In this document: positions 26,874 to 38,350 of the stretch, one piece after another
Numbering within the stretch: position 1 is the stretch's first letter
Layout: each line of letters opens with the position of its first letter
NCBI GenBank assembly: GCA_963819655.1
Contig: CAWFXA010000001.1
Span: 352,001 to 416,000, forward strand
DNA from: an uncultured Chloroflexia bacterium
GTDB lineage: Bacteria; Chloroflexota; Limnocylindria; Limnocylindrales; CSP1-4
Length of the DNA: 64,000 nucleotides
Reading direction: 5' to 3'
Notes under the pieces: generated by a model
What the model saw: only the letters and a program-made list of their open reading frames with translations
Database searches by the model: none
What the model was told of the DNA's origin: nothing
Made by a program: the position numbers and the translations under genes

Positions 26874-29800
26874 CGTCTCCGATCGCTCCGCGCGAGCCTT
26901 GGGACGACCGACGGCTGGCGGCGGCGTTCACGGCCCGTGCCGCGAAGACCCGGACGCCCAACGAGCTGGTCGGGGATGTCGTGGCGCGCGTGCGGACCGA
27001 GGATCCGCCGATGCCCGTGTGGCGCCGGTGGCTGCCAGCCGCCGCGGTCGTGGTCCTCGCGCTCGGCGTGGTCGCGGGTGGGGTCGCGTTGTCGGGCGAC
27101 GTTCGCGGCCAAGGTCTGTTCCGAGAAGGCCCGAGGGCCGACCTGAAGACGCTCGCAACGGGCGAGTTCGCCTTCGATTATCCAGCCGCATGGCACGGAT
27201 ACGACGCGTCGGCTGCGGGCAGCGGAATCTCGTCGGTCGCCGTGCTTGGCACGCAATCGGTGGAGCGGCGCTGCGGCAACGAGCGGCATGTCGACCTCAA
27301 CTGCGTCTACGAGCAACGCCTCGAGGCAGGGCAGATCCGTCTGTTCGTCGGGACCGGCGCCTATCGAGGCCAGACGATCGAAGACCGGGCGCCCATCGAG
27401 AACGGGACTAGCTCTCGGGTCCGGGTGGGAGGCATGCCGGCCATCTTCGACGAGTTCGACGCTCGACCGGACTCCTTCTACGGTGAAGACACGCTGATCC
27501 ATTGGGAGATCGCACAGCCCGGGTCGGCCGGCACGAACGTCGTCCGCCTCGAGGCGATGCTCAGAGAGCCTGGCGTCACTGAGGGCCGAAGGCAGCTCGA
27601 GGCGTTGGTCGCGAGCTTCCGCTTCACGAACGGCCCCGACCCGTCCCCGCCGCCGACACCCGAGCCGACGCCGACCGCGACTCCGCCACGCCTCGCCGAC
27701 CTGCGAGTGATGACTGTGGAGGAGCTGATCACCGCCACGGAGTCGCCGACGCCGGAGGAGGTCATCGTCCGCGGCTGGCTGGGACGCTCGAATGCCATCT
27801 TCGACTGCAACATCGAACCCGACCCGCATCCGCTGATCCCGCGTTGCGAGGAATTCGGCCTGTCCCTGTTTCAGGATCCGCCGTTCGTCGAGCGCGGAAC
27901 CCTCGAGCCTAGCTTGCCTCATGTCGTGCCCATGCTGCGGATCGACGCCCACGCGGACGTACCAGCCATGCCGGGAATCGCTGTGGAGGTCTTGGCAGTG
28001 GGCCACCTCCTCGACCACCGCTGGACGACGTGTCCGGAGGCCCAGCAGGCCGACTGCAAGGCGCGCTTCGTGATCGATCGGGTGGTCGCCGCCGACCAGC
28101 CATTGTGGGACGACCTTCCGACTCCGTGGGCGAGCCCGGATGGCTTGCCCGTGAGTGGGCCGTCCGAGGCGGTCGGGGTCCTGTCCTCCATCGTCGGTGG
28201 TGTGACTGTCGTGTCGATCGGCGTCGCCGACGCCGATGCTCTCCGATCGATCGAGTGGCAGACGCGCGCCAAGCCGGATCTGCAGACGTCGTGGGTGATC
28301 CGCGCCCTCATCGGAAGGGACGCCGAGCCGATCGCGCGAACGTTCCTGGTCGGCGACGAGGGCCACTCGACGGTGCTCGAGGTGACCGAGACGGGCCTCG
28401 TCGACTTGATCGGCCAGCCCGCGTCCGCCCCGCCGACCGAGGTGCTCGGCCTCCCGGTCATCTCCGTCGAGGAGGCGATCGCGATCCGCGATGCCGGCCG
28501 CGACGACCGCGAGATCGCGGTCCGTGGCTGGTTCCCGCCGTCGAGGTCACTCCGCTGCGCCTACCCAAGCCCCCCGATCACGTTCTTCCTAGAGCCGTAT
28601 TGCCAGGACGGATTCTCGGTGCTCATGGCAGGTCCGGAGACCTTGGCCACCGGCCTGCCTGGAGGACCCCATATATCGGTGGACCTCCATGACCTTGAAA
28701 TGGCCTGGTATCCCACGGCCGACTCAGTCGAAATGGTGGCGATCGGCCACTTCGACGACCGGCGCTCGAACTGGTGTGATGCGTCTCGGGTCGACGCGTG
28801 TCGTGACCGCTTGGTCGTCGATCAGGTCGCGTGGGCGGCGGGCGCGGCGCAGCCGCTGAGCGTCGTCATGAGGACAGGGACGGGCGATCCGGCGTTTGGT
28901 CCCGTCGACGCCGCGATCACCGCCACGACTGAGGCCGCGATCCTGTCATCGGCTGCGTATCGAGCGTGGGAACTCATGGAGATCGAGCCGTCCTTGCGCG
29001 ATGGGCGGCCCGGCATCACCGACGAGCCGATCCTGTGGAGCGTTCAGGTCCTGGAGGACGAGCGCGCCGCTACCTACGTCGTGGTCGATGGAACCGATCG
29101 GGTCTATCGCGTGGAGACGGACGGACAGACGGTCCAAGTCGGTGGCACGCCGCTCGAAGATCCGGCGCGCTCGTGGCCGCCAGAGGGTGTCCTGGACGTG
29201 CCGATGCCGGAAGGTGGTACGGGCCTCACACCCAAGGCTGGCGTCATCGACCGGAGCGGGTTGCTCGTGGAGGCACGAGCCGCAGGCGAGGCAGATCCGG
29301 GTCGGCCCATCACCGAGCTGGACCCCGGGGAGATGGCGATCGTGCAGGCGGCGCCGGATACGGTCGTCGCCTACTGGAACGGCTCGCTGTGCGACGATCG
29401 GTTCGTCCTGACCCTTTACGGTCGCGGTCCATCCGAGGCGCCCGATCGACTCGAGTTGCGCGGCGAGCGCGCCGATCTGTGCCGCCTGGCCCTCGTCCGC
29501 TACGGGATCCGGCTCCGCTTCAGCCAGCCAGTCGACGCGGCCTCCATCCGCGGCTGGGACCGTGTCGGCACACCGTTCGAGGCATTCCCGCCCGTCGACT
29601 CCACGGTCGTCTTCCTCCCGAAGGACGGCGGGTTCGAGCTTCCCAAGGTACGTGCGGCGCTGATCGACCTGAGCGGCCGGGTCACTGCCGTGCGTGCGAT
29701 CGGGCCAGATGACCCGAGAGTGCTGGACCTCGAAGCCCAAGGGAAGGTCGTCTGGATTCGTGACCGGCAGCTCGTCGGGCGCTACCACCTCTACTGGACC

Positions 29801-29992
29801 GGCGGCATCTGCGACGGCGACTCGGTGGTGACGATCGACGCGACGTTGTCGACGGTCAGCGTCCACGCGACGCGGCAGGAGCCGTGTGATCTCACGGGCG
29901 TTGAGCGCCGCTTGGTGATCGACGTCGACGGCGCCCTGGACCCCAACGCCATCGAGACGATCTATACCGAGACCGTCACCGGCGCCTCATAA
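26870..29992 (+). CDS. Large membrane-anchored putative anti-sigma/sensor with duplicated Cys-paired extracytoplasmic domains
   Basis: ATGA-coupled to the sigma gene; short cytoplasmic N-terminus, single TM, two pairs of internal repeats. Confidence 0.8.
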   Translation: MTSPIAPREPWDDRRLAAAFTARAAKTRTPNELVGDVVARVRTEDPPMPVWRRWLPAAAVVVLALGVVAGGVALSGDVRGQGLFREGPRADLKTLATGEFAFDYPAAWHGYDASAAGSGISSVAVLGTQSVERRCGNERHVDLNCVYEQRLEAGQIRLFVGTGAYRGQTIEDRAPIENGTSSRVRVGGMPAIFDEFDARPDSFYGEDTLIHWEIAQPGSAGTNVVRLEAMLREPGVTEGRRQLEALVASFRFTNGPDPSPPPTPEPTPTATPPRLADLRVMTVEELITATESPTPEEVIVRGWLGRSNAIFDCNIEPDPHPLIPRCEEFGLSLFQDPPFVERGTLEPSLPHVVPMLRIDAHADVPAMPGIAVEVLAVGHLLDHRWTTCPEAQQADCKARFVIDRVVAADQPLWDDLPTPWASPDGLPVSGPSEAVGVLSSIVGGVTVVSIGVADADALRSIEWQTRAKPDLQTSWVIRALIGRDAEPIARTFLVGDEGHSTVLEVTETGLVDLIGQPASAPPTEVLGLPVISVEEAIAIRDAGRDDREIAVRGWFPPSRSLRCAYPSPPITFFLEPYCQDGFSVLMAGPETLATGLPGGPHISVDLHDLEMAWYPTADSVEMVAIGHFDDRRSNWCDASRVDACRDRLVVDQVAWAAGAAQPLSVVMRTGTGDPAFGPVDAAITATTEAAILSSAAYRAWELMEIEPSLRDGRPGITDEPILWSVQVLEDERAATYVVVDGTDRVYRVETDGQTVQVGGTPLEDPARSWPPEGVLDVPMPEGGTGLTPKAGVIDRSGLLVEARAAGEADPGRPITELDPGEMAIVQAAPDTVVAYWNGSLCDDRFVLTLYGRGPSEAPDRLELRGERADLCRLALVRYGIRLRFSQPVDAASIRGWDRVGTPFEAFPPVDSTVVFLPKDGGFELPKVRAALIDLSGRVTAVRAIGPDDPRVLDLEAQGKVVWIRDRQLVGRYHLYWTGGICDGDSVVTIDATLSTVSVHATRQEPCDLTGVERRLVIDVDGALDPNAIETIYTETVTGAS

Positions 29993-31334
29993 GCGACCCG
30001 CCCCGCGGCCATCGTTAGCAGCACCCGGCCTGCGAGGTCCATCCCGAGCAACGGCGTGTTCTTGCCCTTCGAGAGCAGCGCGTCGGCGGACGGCGACCAG
30101 CGCTCCGAGCGATCGAAGACGACAAGGTCCGCCTGCACCCCTTCGACCAGCCCGCGCGACCGGCCGATCACAGCCGCCGGCCCCACCGTAAGTGCCGCCA
30201 CCGCCCGGCTGAGCGTGAGCTCGCCCGCGTCGACGGCCGCAAGCACGAGTCCGAGGGCCGTCTCGATGCCACCGATCCCATTCGCGGCGAGCCCGAACTC
30301 GACGGCCTTGTCGACCTCGGTGTGCGGTGCATGGTCGGTGGCGATCGCATCGGCGGTCCCATCGGCGAGGGCCGCGAGGCACGCCAGGGCATCGGATGGG
30401 CTACGCAATGGCGGATTGACCCGGAGCGAGGACGCGTACGGCGACGCGACGATCGCTTCGTCGCGCCACGGATCGCCGTCCGCACCTGGCTCCCATGCGA
30501 ACCGCCGCGCCCCAGCGACCCACTCGTCGGTGAGGGCGAGATGGTGGGGCGTCACGTCGCATGTCACGGGGAGTCCGGCAGCCTTCGCGCGACGGATCAG
30601 CTCCAGGGCGCCGGATGTCGAGACATGGGTGAGGTGGAGCCTTGTCCCGGGCACGTCACGGCGCACGTCAGCGAGGATCGCGAGATCGCGGGCCACCGCG
30701 GCCTCCTCGGCCGACGCGGGCCAGCCGCGCAGCCCGAGCACGGTCGCGACGATCCCGTCGTTCGCCTCGGCGCCGTCGGTCTGGGTCGCGTCCTCCGGGT
30801 GATCGACCACAGGCAGTCCGAGCGCTCCCGCGTACGCGAGCGCGTTCCGCAGGATCTGCGCGGAGCGGACTGGCGAGCCGTCGTCGGAGAAGCCGACGAC
30901 CCCGGCATCCGCCAGCTCGCCGAGCGCCGCGAGCGTCTCCCCTGCCCGACCGACGGTCACCGCGCCATGCGCCAGCAACTCGACCGGCGATCCGGACGAC
31001 GCGGCGGCCCCGCGGATCGCCGCGAGCACGCCCGGCTCGTCGAGCGCCGGGGTCGTATTCGGCATTGCGCAGACCGTCGTGAAGCCGCCGTGCGCGGCGG
31101 CGGCGAGACCAGTGGCGACCGTCTCGGCATCCTCGTTGCCCGGCTCCCGGAGGTGCGCGTGCAGGTCGATGAAGCCCGGGGCGACCACGACGCCGGTGGC
31201 GTCGACGCCGTCGGCGTCCGAGCCCTCGAGCCAGGTGACCGCCTCGAGAATCCCGTCGCGCACGACGATCTCGCCCGGCCCCTCACGGCCGCTCGCCGGA
31301 TCGACGACCCAGACCCGGCTCAGATCGAGGTCGG

Positions 31335-31338
<4 letters not shown>
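29962..31338 (-). CDS. pyrC: Dihydroorotase
   Basis: DLHAHLREPG, MPNT, VNPPLR, ATDHAPH, SKGKNTP. Confidence 0.95.
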
Positions 31339-32993
<1,655 letters not shown>

Positions 32994-33050
32994 AGCCGAA
33001 GGGTCAGGGAGAAGAATACCGCGCGACGCGACGGAGTTGGGCGGGACCCC

Positions 33051-33608
33051 TCAGTAGACGTGGACGGTGACGTTGGTGATGCCGCTCCACGACGGGCAGC
33101 CGCAGATCCTGAAGAAGTCCGGCCGGTAGAGGTCGACGATGCGCCGTTCGAGCTGCGGGCCGTAGTCGTTGACGACACGCTCGATGCAGCCGGCAGCGCC
33201 GCATATGACCACGGTCGTGCCGCGTGGGAGCCGCATCGCCGTGAAGCCCGCGTCGTAGAACGTGGCCTCGCCGGTCAGCGAGTACCTGGCGGGCTTGCGG
33301 TTCGAGCCGGCAACGCCATCCGGCTGGTCGACCGTGGTCCTGCGCGTCGGGCCGGCATCTCCGGGTATACCGGGTTCGAAGATCGTCGTCCCGGCACCGA
33401 AGACGCCCTCCGAGCGATGGGCATCGTCAAGGCCCGCGATCTCGATAGGCGATCGCGAGTCGAGCGCGGGGACCGAGTACGGCTGGAACGCTCCAACGGG
33501 GACCGGCTCCACGGCGCTGGGGACGCGGGAGCCTGCCAGACCCGGCAGCGAGACCAGGGCGAGGGCGGTGCTGATCACCGACCCTACGACCAACCATCTT
33601 GGTCGCAC
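33051..33608 (-). CDS. Secreted RlpA-like double-psi beta-barrel protein
   Basis: Signal peptide; GEATFY..LPRGTTV..VNDYGP..RIVDL. Confidence 0.78.
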   Translation of the reverse strand: MRPRWLVVGSVISTALALVSLPGLAGSRVPSAVEPVPVGAFQPYSVPALDSRSPIEIAGLDDAHRSEGVFGAGTTIFEPGIPGDAGPTRRTTVDQPDGVAGSNRKPARYSLTGEATFYDAGFTAMRLPRGTTVVICGAAGCIERVVNDYGPQLERRIVDLYRPDFFRICGCPSWSGITNVTVHVY

Positions 33609-33680
33609 GATAAGGCGGGAACGATACGCTGCCGGACCCCGATGTGCATAGCCCCGCCCACCACGCGGTGGCCGGCATGA

Positions 33681-35417
33681 TCAGCGGATGACCACCAACT
33701 GGGAGCCCGGACCGCTCTCGGCGACGCCGACGCCGTCGTCCGACCATGCGGCGATCTGGATGCGGCTGCCCTCTCCACTTTCGCCCGGTGGCGTGGCCCA
33801 CGCGAGCCGGCCCGCGCCCATCGAGAAGCCAGGCAGCGCCGATTCCCGGGTCGGCGCGCCGTCGGCGCGTTCGAGGCGGACGTTGGCCTGATCCACGCGA
33901 TACAGCGTCAGCTGGCCGACCTGCGAGTCCGGCGTCTCGGCGACCCAGACCGCGACCCATTCGCCGGCTTCGTCCCAGCGAACGTCGAAATCGCCGGCGG
34001 CCTCATCGGCCGCGAGCCGGGATGCCTTCGATCCGATCGCGTCGAGCGGACCGTCGTCTCTCCAGCGTCGGAGCTCAAGACTCCCGCGTGCCGGCATCCA
34101 TGTCCCATCGGCATCGGAACGGGCAAGCGAGCCATCCCATGCGATCGCGAAGCGGCCGGTCGGGTCGACCACGGGCCGCCACAGGTCGCCCGCATCGGCC
34201 TCGGCGTGCGTCGCCGGATCGATCATGACGGAGACCGGGCGTGCATCATCGGACCCGGGCTGGCTCGGCCGGCTGGCGATGATCTCGTTGCCGGACCACG
34301 ACGCGAAGTACGACGCGCCGTCGTTCGTGACCTTCGCCGCCTGCTCGTCGCCGACGCGCCAGACATGGACGTCCGGACCACCGGAGCCGTCGGCCGGGCG
34401 CGCCGTGAACGCGAACCAGGTCCCATCCGGCGAATACGCGGCCGACTCGCCCACGACGTCGATGCCGCTCGCGATCGCCACCTTCGCGGCGACGGTCGGT
34501 TCGGGTGACACCGTCGGGCTGGCGGATGGCTCGACCGATGGTTCGGTCGCGGCGCTCCGCGTGGGCGCGAGCGAAGCGGTCGCGCTCGACGGACTGGGCG
34601 TCTCCGGCGCGGGCGTCTTGCTCGGTGGGGAAGCAGCCGCTGACGGCTCATCGGTGCCTTCCGGCATCGTGACGACGACGACCTCGTCGCCCGTGGTCTC
34701 GGACTTTGCGATCGCGATGGCCTGACGACGCGTCGGCGACCCGACGATCGTCTTCGTCGCCCGGTTGAAGGCCACGGCATGGTCCTGGCTCGCGAGCAGC
34801 GGCGGACAATCGGCGGCGCCCTTGACCGGGCACACCTCGTCCACCGTCGCGGTGTGGTGGCCGCCCTCGGGCCCCTGATCGATCCACCCCACGGGACCAA
34901 CGCTCCCGACCGCGAACGGTGTGGGTTCCACAGCTGCCGATCCGGGCGTCGCGCTGGCCAACGACGGGCCGTCGCCCGCCGGATCCTCACCCTTCACGCC
35001 ACTGCCGGTATCCGGATAGATCGAGATGCTCCCCGACAGCAGGCTGACGCCCACGACGAGTGCGACGACCGTCAGCCCCGACAAGGCCCCGATCGGCAGC
35101 GCACCCAGGCGCCCACGCCGAAAGCGGGCCCGAGAGGCGACAGGTGACTCGGCCTCGATCGCCGCCGCGGTCCGCGCCCACAGGTCGCGCGGCGGGTCCG
35201 GTCGTTCGTCGCGCAGAGAGCGCAGCGCGAGCCGGTCGTCCTCGTATCCCGTGGCGATCGCCGCACACGCCGGACAACCTGCGACGTGCTCGTCGAGCCA
35301 GCTCGACTCCGCGAGCCCGAGGGGGCCGTCAAGCCGTTCGGCGAGCCGCATCCTGGCGTGGGCATGGGGGTCGGACCACTGATCCTGGCGGCGACGGAGA
35401 CGCGGGAAGCGGCTCAT
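33681..35417 (-). CDS. Zinc-finger (ZAS/zf-HC2) anti-sigma factor with TM and beta-propeller-like ectodomain
   Basis: HVAGCPAC; TM helix; AAYSPDGTWFAF and PVVDPTG repeats; ATGA overlap with the sigma gene. Confidence 0.85.
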   Translation of the reverse strand: MSRFPRLRRRQDQWSDPHAHARMRLAERLDGPLGLAESSWLDEHVAGCPACAAIATGYEDDRLALRSLRDERPDPPRDLWARTAAAIEAESPVASRARFRRGRLGALPIGALSGLTVVALVVGVSLLSGSISIYPDTGSGVKGEDPAGDGPSLASATPGSAAVEPTPFAVGSVGPVGWIDQGPEGGHHTATVDEVCPVKGAADCPPLLASQDHAVAFNRATKTIVGSPTRRQAIAIAKSETTGDEVVVVTMPEGTDEPSAAASPPSKTPAPETPSPSSATASLAPTRSAATEPSVEPSASPTVSPEPTVAAKVAIASGIDVVGESAAYSPDGTWFAFTARPADGSGGPDVHVWRVGDEQAAKVTNDGASYFASWSGNEIIASRPSQPGSDDARPVSVMIDPATHAEADAGDLWRPVVDPTGRFAIAWDGSLARSDADGTWMPARGSLELRRWRDDGPLDAIGSKASRLAADEAAGDFDVRWDEAGEWVAVWVAETPDSQVGQLTLYRVDQANVRLERADGAPTRESALPGFSMGAGRLAWATPPGESGEGSRIQIAAWSDDGVGVAESGPGSQLVVIR

Positions 35418-36004
35418 CGATCGACCTCGGCCGGACGTCCGGCCTCGCGCGCCGCATCACGCGCCACCTCGGCTGCGGTCTCGGCTTCCCGTTCCGCCGC
35501 GAGCGCCTGGCGCAGCGATTCGCGTGCCCGTGTCAGCAGTGCGCGTGCGGCAACGTGGCTGACCCCGAGCGCGGCAGCGAGCTCGAGCCCGGTCAGATCG
35601 TGGAGCTCGGCGAGTAGCAGCGCGGCGCGCTGGCGTTCCGGGATCCGGGCGAGAGCGCGCTGGAGGTCACCGGACAGCCGCGCATCCATGACGAGGTGCT
35701 CGGCGGATGGCGCCGACCCCTTCGACTCGCCGGTCCACGGCAGGAAGCGGATGATCTTGCGCCGTCGGATCTCATCGAGCGCGACGCGGTGGGCGATCTG
35801 GTACAGCCACGCGCGGGCGTTCTCGGGCTTCTCGAGCGTGTCGTAGTTCTTGTACGCCTTGATGAACGCGTCCTGCGTCATGTCCGCCGCGACCTCCGGG
35901 TCGCGCATCATGCGGAACAGGTAGGCGTAGATCTCGCCGTGGTGCTTCGAGAAGATCTCCTCGACGAAGATCGCGGCCTCGTCGCGATCCCAGACGCCGC
36001 TCAT
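35414..36004 (-). CDS. ECF RNA polymerase sigma-70 factor
   Basis: AADMTQDAFIKAY, RAWLYQIAHRVALD, region 4 HTH. Confidence 0.92.
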   Translation of the reverse strand: MSGVWDRDEAAIFVEEIFSKHHGEIYAYLFRMMRDPEVAADMTQDAFIKAYKNYDTLEKPENARAWLYQIAHRVALDEIRRRKIIRFLPWTGESKGSAPSAEHLVMDARLSGDLQRALARIPERQRAALLLAELHDLTGLELAAALGVSHVAARALLTRARESLRQALAAEREAETAAEVARDAAREAGRPAEVDR

Positions 36005-36150
36005 AGGGTTGCCTCGATCGGCCCCGATGACGGTCGGACGGCCGAATGGGTCGCGTAGGTCGGCGGTTGAAGGGTCGAGGACCACGGCGGCTCCGAGCGG
36101 ATGGGATCGACGTGCGCACGGAATGGGCCATGCACGCTCGATGCGCCAGA

Positions 36151-36177
36151 GACGAGGCATCTCCCCCACATGTGACG
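36151..36177 (-). promoter_or_regulatory. Putative ECF-type promoter CGTCACA-N16-CGTC
   Basis: Bipartite spacing typical of ECF promoters, upstream of the sigma gene. Confidence 0.55.
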
Positions 36178-36203
36178 CCCGACGTGCCCGGGCACCGCCC
36201 GAA

Positions 36204-37205
36204 TCAACCCGATCCACCTCCCTCCGGATCGGCGCGGCCAAGGAGTTCCTCCACCGCGTCCTCCGGTGAGACGGGGTTCACAGGCAGGCCGGTTCCCAAC
36301 TCGAGGCCGGCGATCTCGCGCAATCGAGGATGGATCTCCCAGTGCCAGTGGTACGTGCCATCGACCTGCTCGCGCAATGGCGCGGTGTGGAGGACGAGGT
36401 TGTAGGGCGGCCCATCGAGCGCCCCCGCGAGCATACCGAGCACCTGGCGCAGCGCCTCCGAGGTGGCCTTGATGGCGCTCGTATCTGCCCGGCCGAAGTC
36501 GGCATCGTGGCGGCGCGGCACGATCCAGATCTCGAACGGGGAACGCGAGGCGTATGGCGCGAAAGCCACGCTGTCGTGATCCTCCCAGACGAGTCGGTCG
36601 GGTCGCTGCGACTCCTCGCGAACGAGGCGGCAGAACGGGCACTCCCCCTCGCGGATCACGAACCGCGCCGCGCCGCCGAGCTCCTCGGCGATCCGATGTG
36701 GGATCTGGGGCAGGTCGTACAGGTCGAGACACAGGTGGTTGGTCCGTGCCCCCGCCTGCGCGCCCCAGTTCTGCACGACGGTCAGGTACTCGGTCTGCGG
36801 GTCGTCGCGGGCGGCACCCAGCGCGTCGCGCGCGCCAGCGACCAGTCCTTCGATGAGATCCGTGCCGACCGCGTGGAGGGGCCGATGCTCGCCCTCGGGC
36901 GCGATCACGGTCCGCCACGAGCCGGTCGCCCGGGCCTGCGCCAGCGAGACCTGCGCGAGACCGTGGTCACGATCGAGCTCACGGGCCTCGGTGTCCGTGC
37001 CGACGACATGGAATGCGAACTCCTTCAGCACACGCGTCCGCACGCCGTCGCCCGTTGCCGAGCAATTCCCGCAGCCGAACAGACGGTCGTCGACGATTTC
37101 CGCCGCACGCGCGAATCGATCGCGGTGGAAGGCGCGGTCGACGACCGTCGCGACCCACCAGCTCGTGATCGGGTCCTTTCGAAGCTCGAACAGGCCGCTG
37201 GCCAT
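36204..37205 (-). CDS. GalT-like nucleotidyltransferase with altered active site
   Basis: ELRKDPIT..WV, NWGAQAGARTNHLC (HxH becomes HxC), CPFC, FAPYASRSPFE, YHWHWEIHPR. Confidence 0.85.
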   Translation of the reverse strand: MASGLFELRKDPITSWWVATVVDRAFHRDRFARAAEIVDDRLFGCGNCSATGDGVRTRVLKEFAFHVVGTDTEARELDRDHGLAQVSLAQARATGSWRTVIAPEGEHRPLHAVGTDLIEGLVAGARDALGAARDDPQTEYLTVVQNWGAQAGARTNHLCLDLYDLPQIPHRIAEELGGAARFVIREGECPFCRLVREESQRPDRLVWEDHDSVAFAPYASRSPFEIWIVPRRHDADFGRADTSAIKATSEALRQVLGMLAGALDGPPYNLVLHTAPLREQVDGTYHWHWEIHPRLREIAGLELGTGLPVNPVSPEDAVEELLGRADPEGGGSG

Positions 37206-37213
37206 CGGTCGGG

Positions 37214-37945
37214 TCAGGCCTCGACCGTCAGCGGCGCGGCGATCGCCGCAGCGAACGACCGCGCGAAGAACCAGGCGGCCTCCTCGACGGAGTCCGTGGT
37301 CGGCCGGGCGCCGGGTCGTCCGAGCTCGCGCGCGATCGACGTCGAGACACTGCCCGGGATCCCGCACGCGTCGATGAGCGTGAAGTCGTCGAGGTCCACC
37401 GTGATGTTGAGCGCGATGCCGTGGTAGCTCACGCCCCGTTCGACCCGCAGGCCGAGCGCCCCGATCTTGCGCGGCTCGGGGCCGTCGACATCGCACCAGC
37501 AGCCCGGATGGCCATCGCGCCGGGCCGCGGTCACGCCGAGGGATCCGCAGGTCGCGACGAGGGCCGCCTCGAGCGCGCGGACGAAGGGTCGGACCAGCAG
37601 GCCTCGCTCGTGGAGTCGGACGATGGGGTACGCCACGAGCTGACCGGGCCCGTGGTAGGTGACCTCGCCGCCGCGCTCGATCCGTTCGACCGGGATGCCC
37701 TTCGCTTGGAGTTCGTCGGCCGTCGCGAGGATGTGGGCCGGATCCGAATTCTTGCCGAGAGTCAGGACCGCAGGATGCTCCAGCAGGAGGAGCTGGTCCT
37801 CGATGCGGCCTGCCGCTCGCTCGTCGACGAGCCGCTTCTGGAGGTCGTGCGCCTCGCGATAGGCGACCCGACCGAGCCACCGGGCGTGCAACGGCGCGGG
37901 CTCGCCGAGCGTGCCCGAGAACGGTTCTGTGAGGGTCGCCTCCAC
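37214..37945 (-). CDS. lipB: Lipoyl(octanoyl) transferase
   Basis: LLEHPAVLTLG, RGGEVTYHGPGQ, KIGALG, HGIALN, ACGI. Confidence 0.95.
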   Translation of the reverse strand: MEATLTEPFSGTLGEPAPLHARWLGRVAYREAHDLQKRLVDERAAGRIEDQLLLLEHPAVLTLGKNSDPAHILATADELQAKGIPVERIERGGEVTYHGPGQLVAYPIVRLHERGLLVRPFVRALEAALVATCGSLGVTAARRDGHPGCWCDVDGPEPRKIGALGLRVERGVSYHGIALNITVDLDDFTLIDACGIPGSVSTSIARELGRPGARPTTDSVEEAAWFFARSFAAAIAAPLTVEA

Positions 37946-38350
37946 GTTCGCACGATAGCAGGGGCGCCAGTTCGGCCCGTTGCAGGGGTCCAGCGGATGG
38001 CCCAACGGTACGGGGTGGCGCGCAGCCGACCGGGTCGCTGCAGATTCGGCCCAGACCGGGTAGCGTTCGCCACGCTCACCGTCACGACACGAAGATCGGG
38101 TCCCTACTGCATGTCTGCGTACTTCGTTCGCCCGCGCTCGTCCATCGCCGATCCCGAGCTCGCCCGAGCTCGCGGTCGTCGATCTGCCAGTCGCCCGGGT
38201 GTACCGGACTCCGCGTCCGCCGCAGGCACTCATCGACGCTATCGCATCGATGCGCCGCCCGGTCGAACCCGAGCTCCCTATCGTCCTCACCCTGGCGCCC
38301 GTTCCCGCTCGCTCGAGGCGCTGACCGCGACTAGGCGGGCGACCGTCCGT

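Noticed and set aside
38061-38350. Possible small gene between lipB and the coiled-coil gene (TAGCGT -10; a protein-like frame ending near 38323)
   Set aside because: The protein-like frame lacks a suitable upstream start and the ATG 38111 frame looks non-coding
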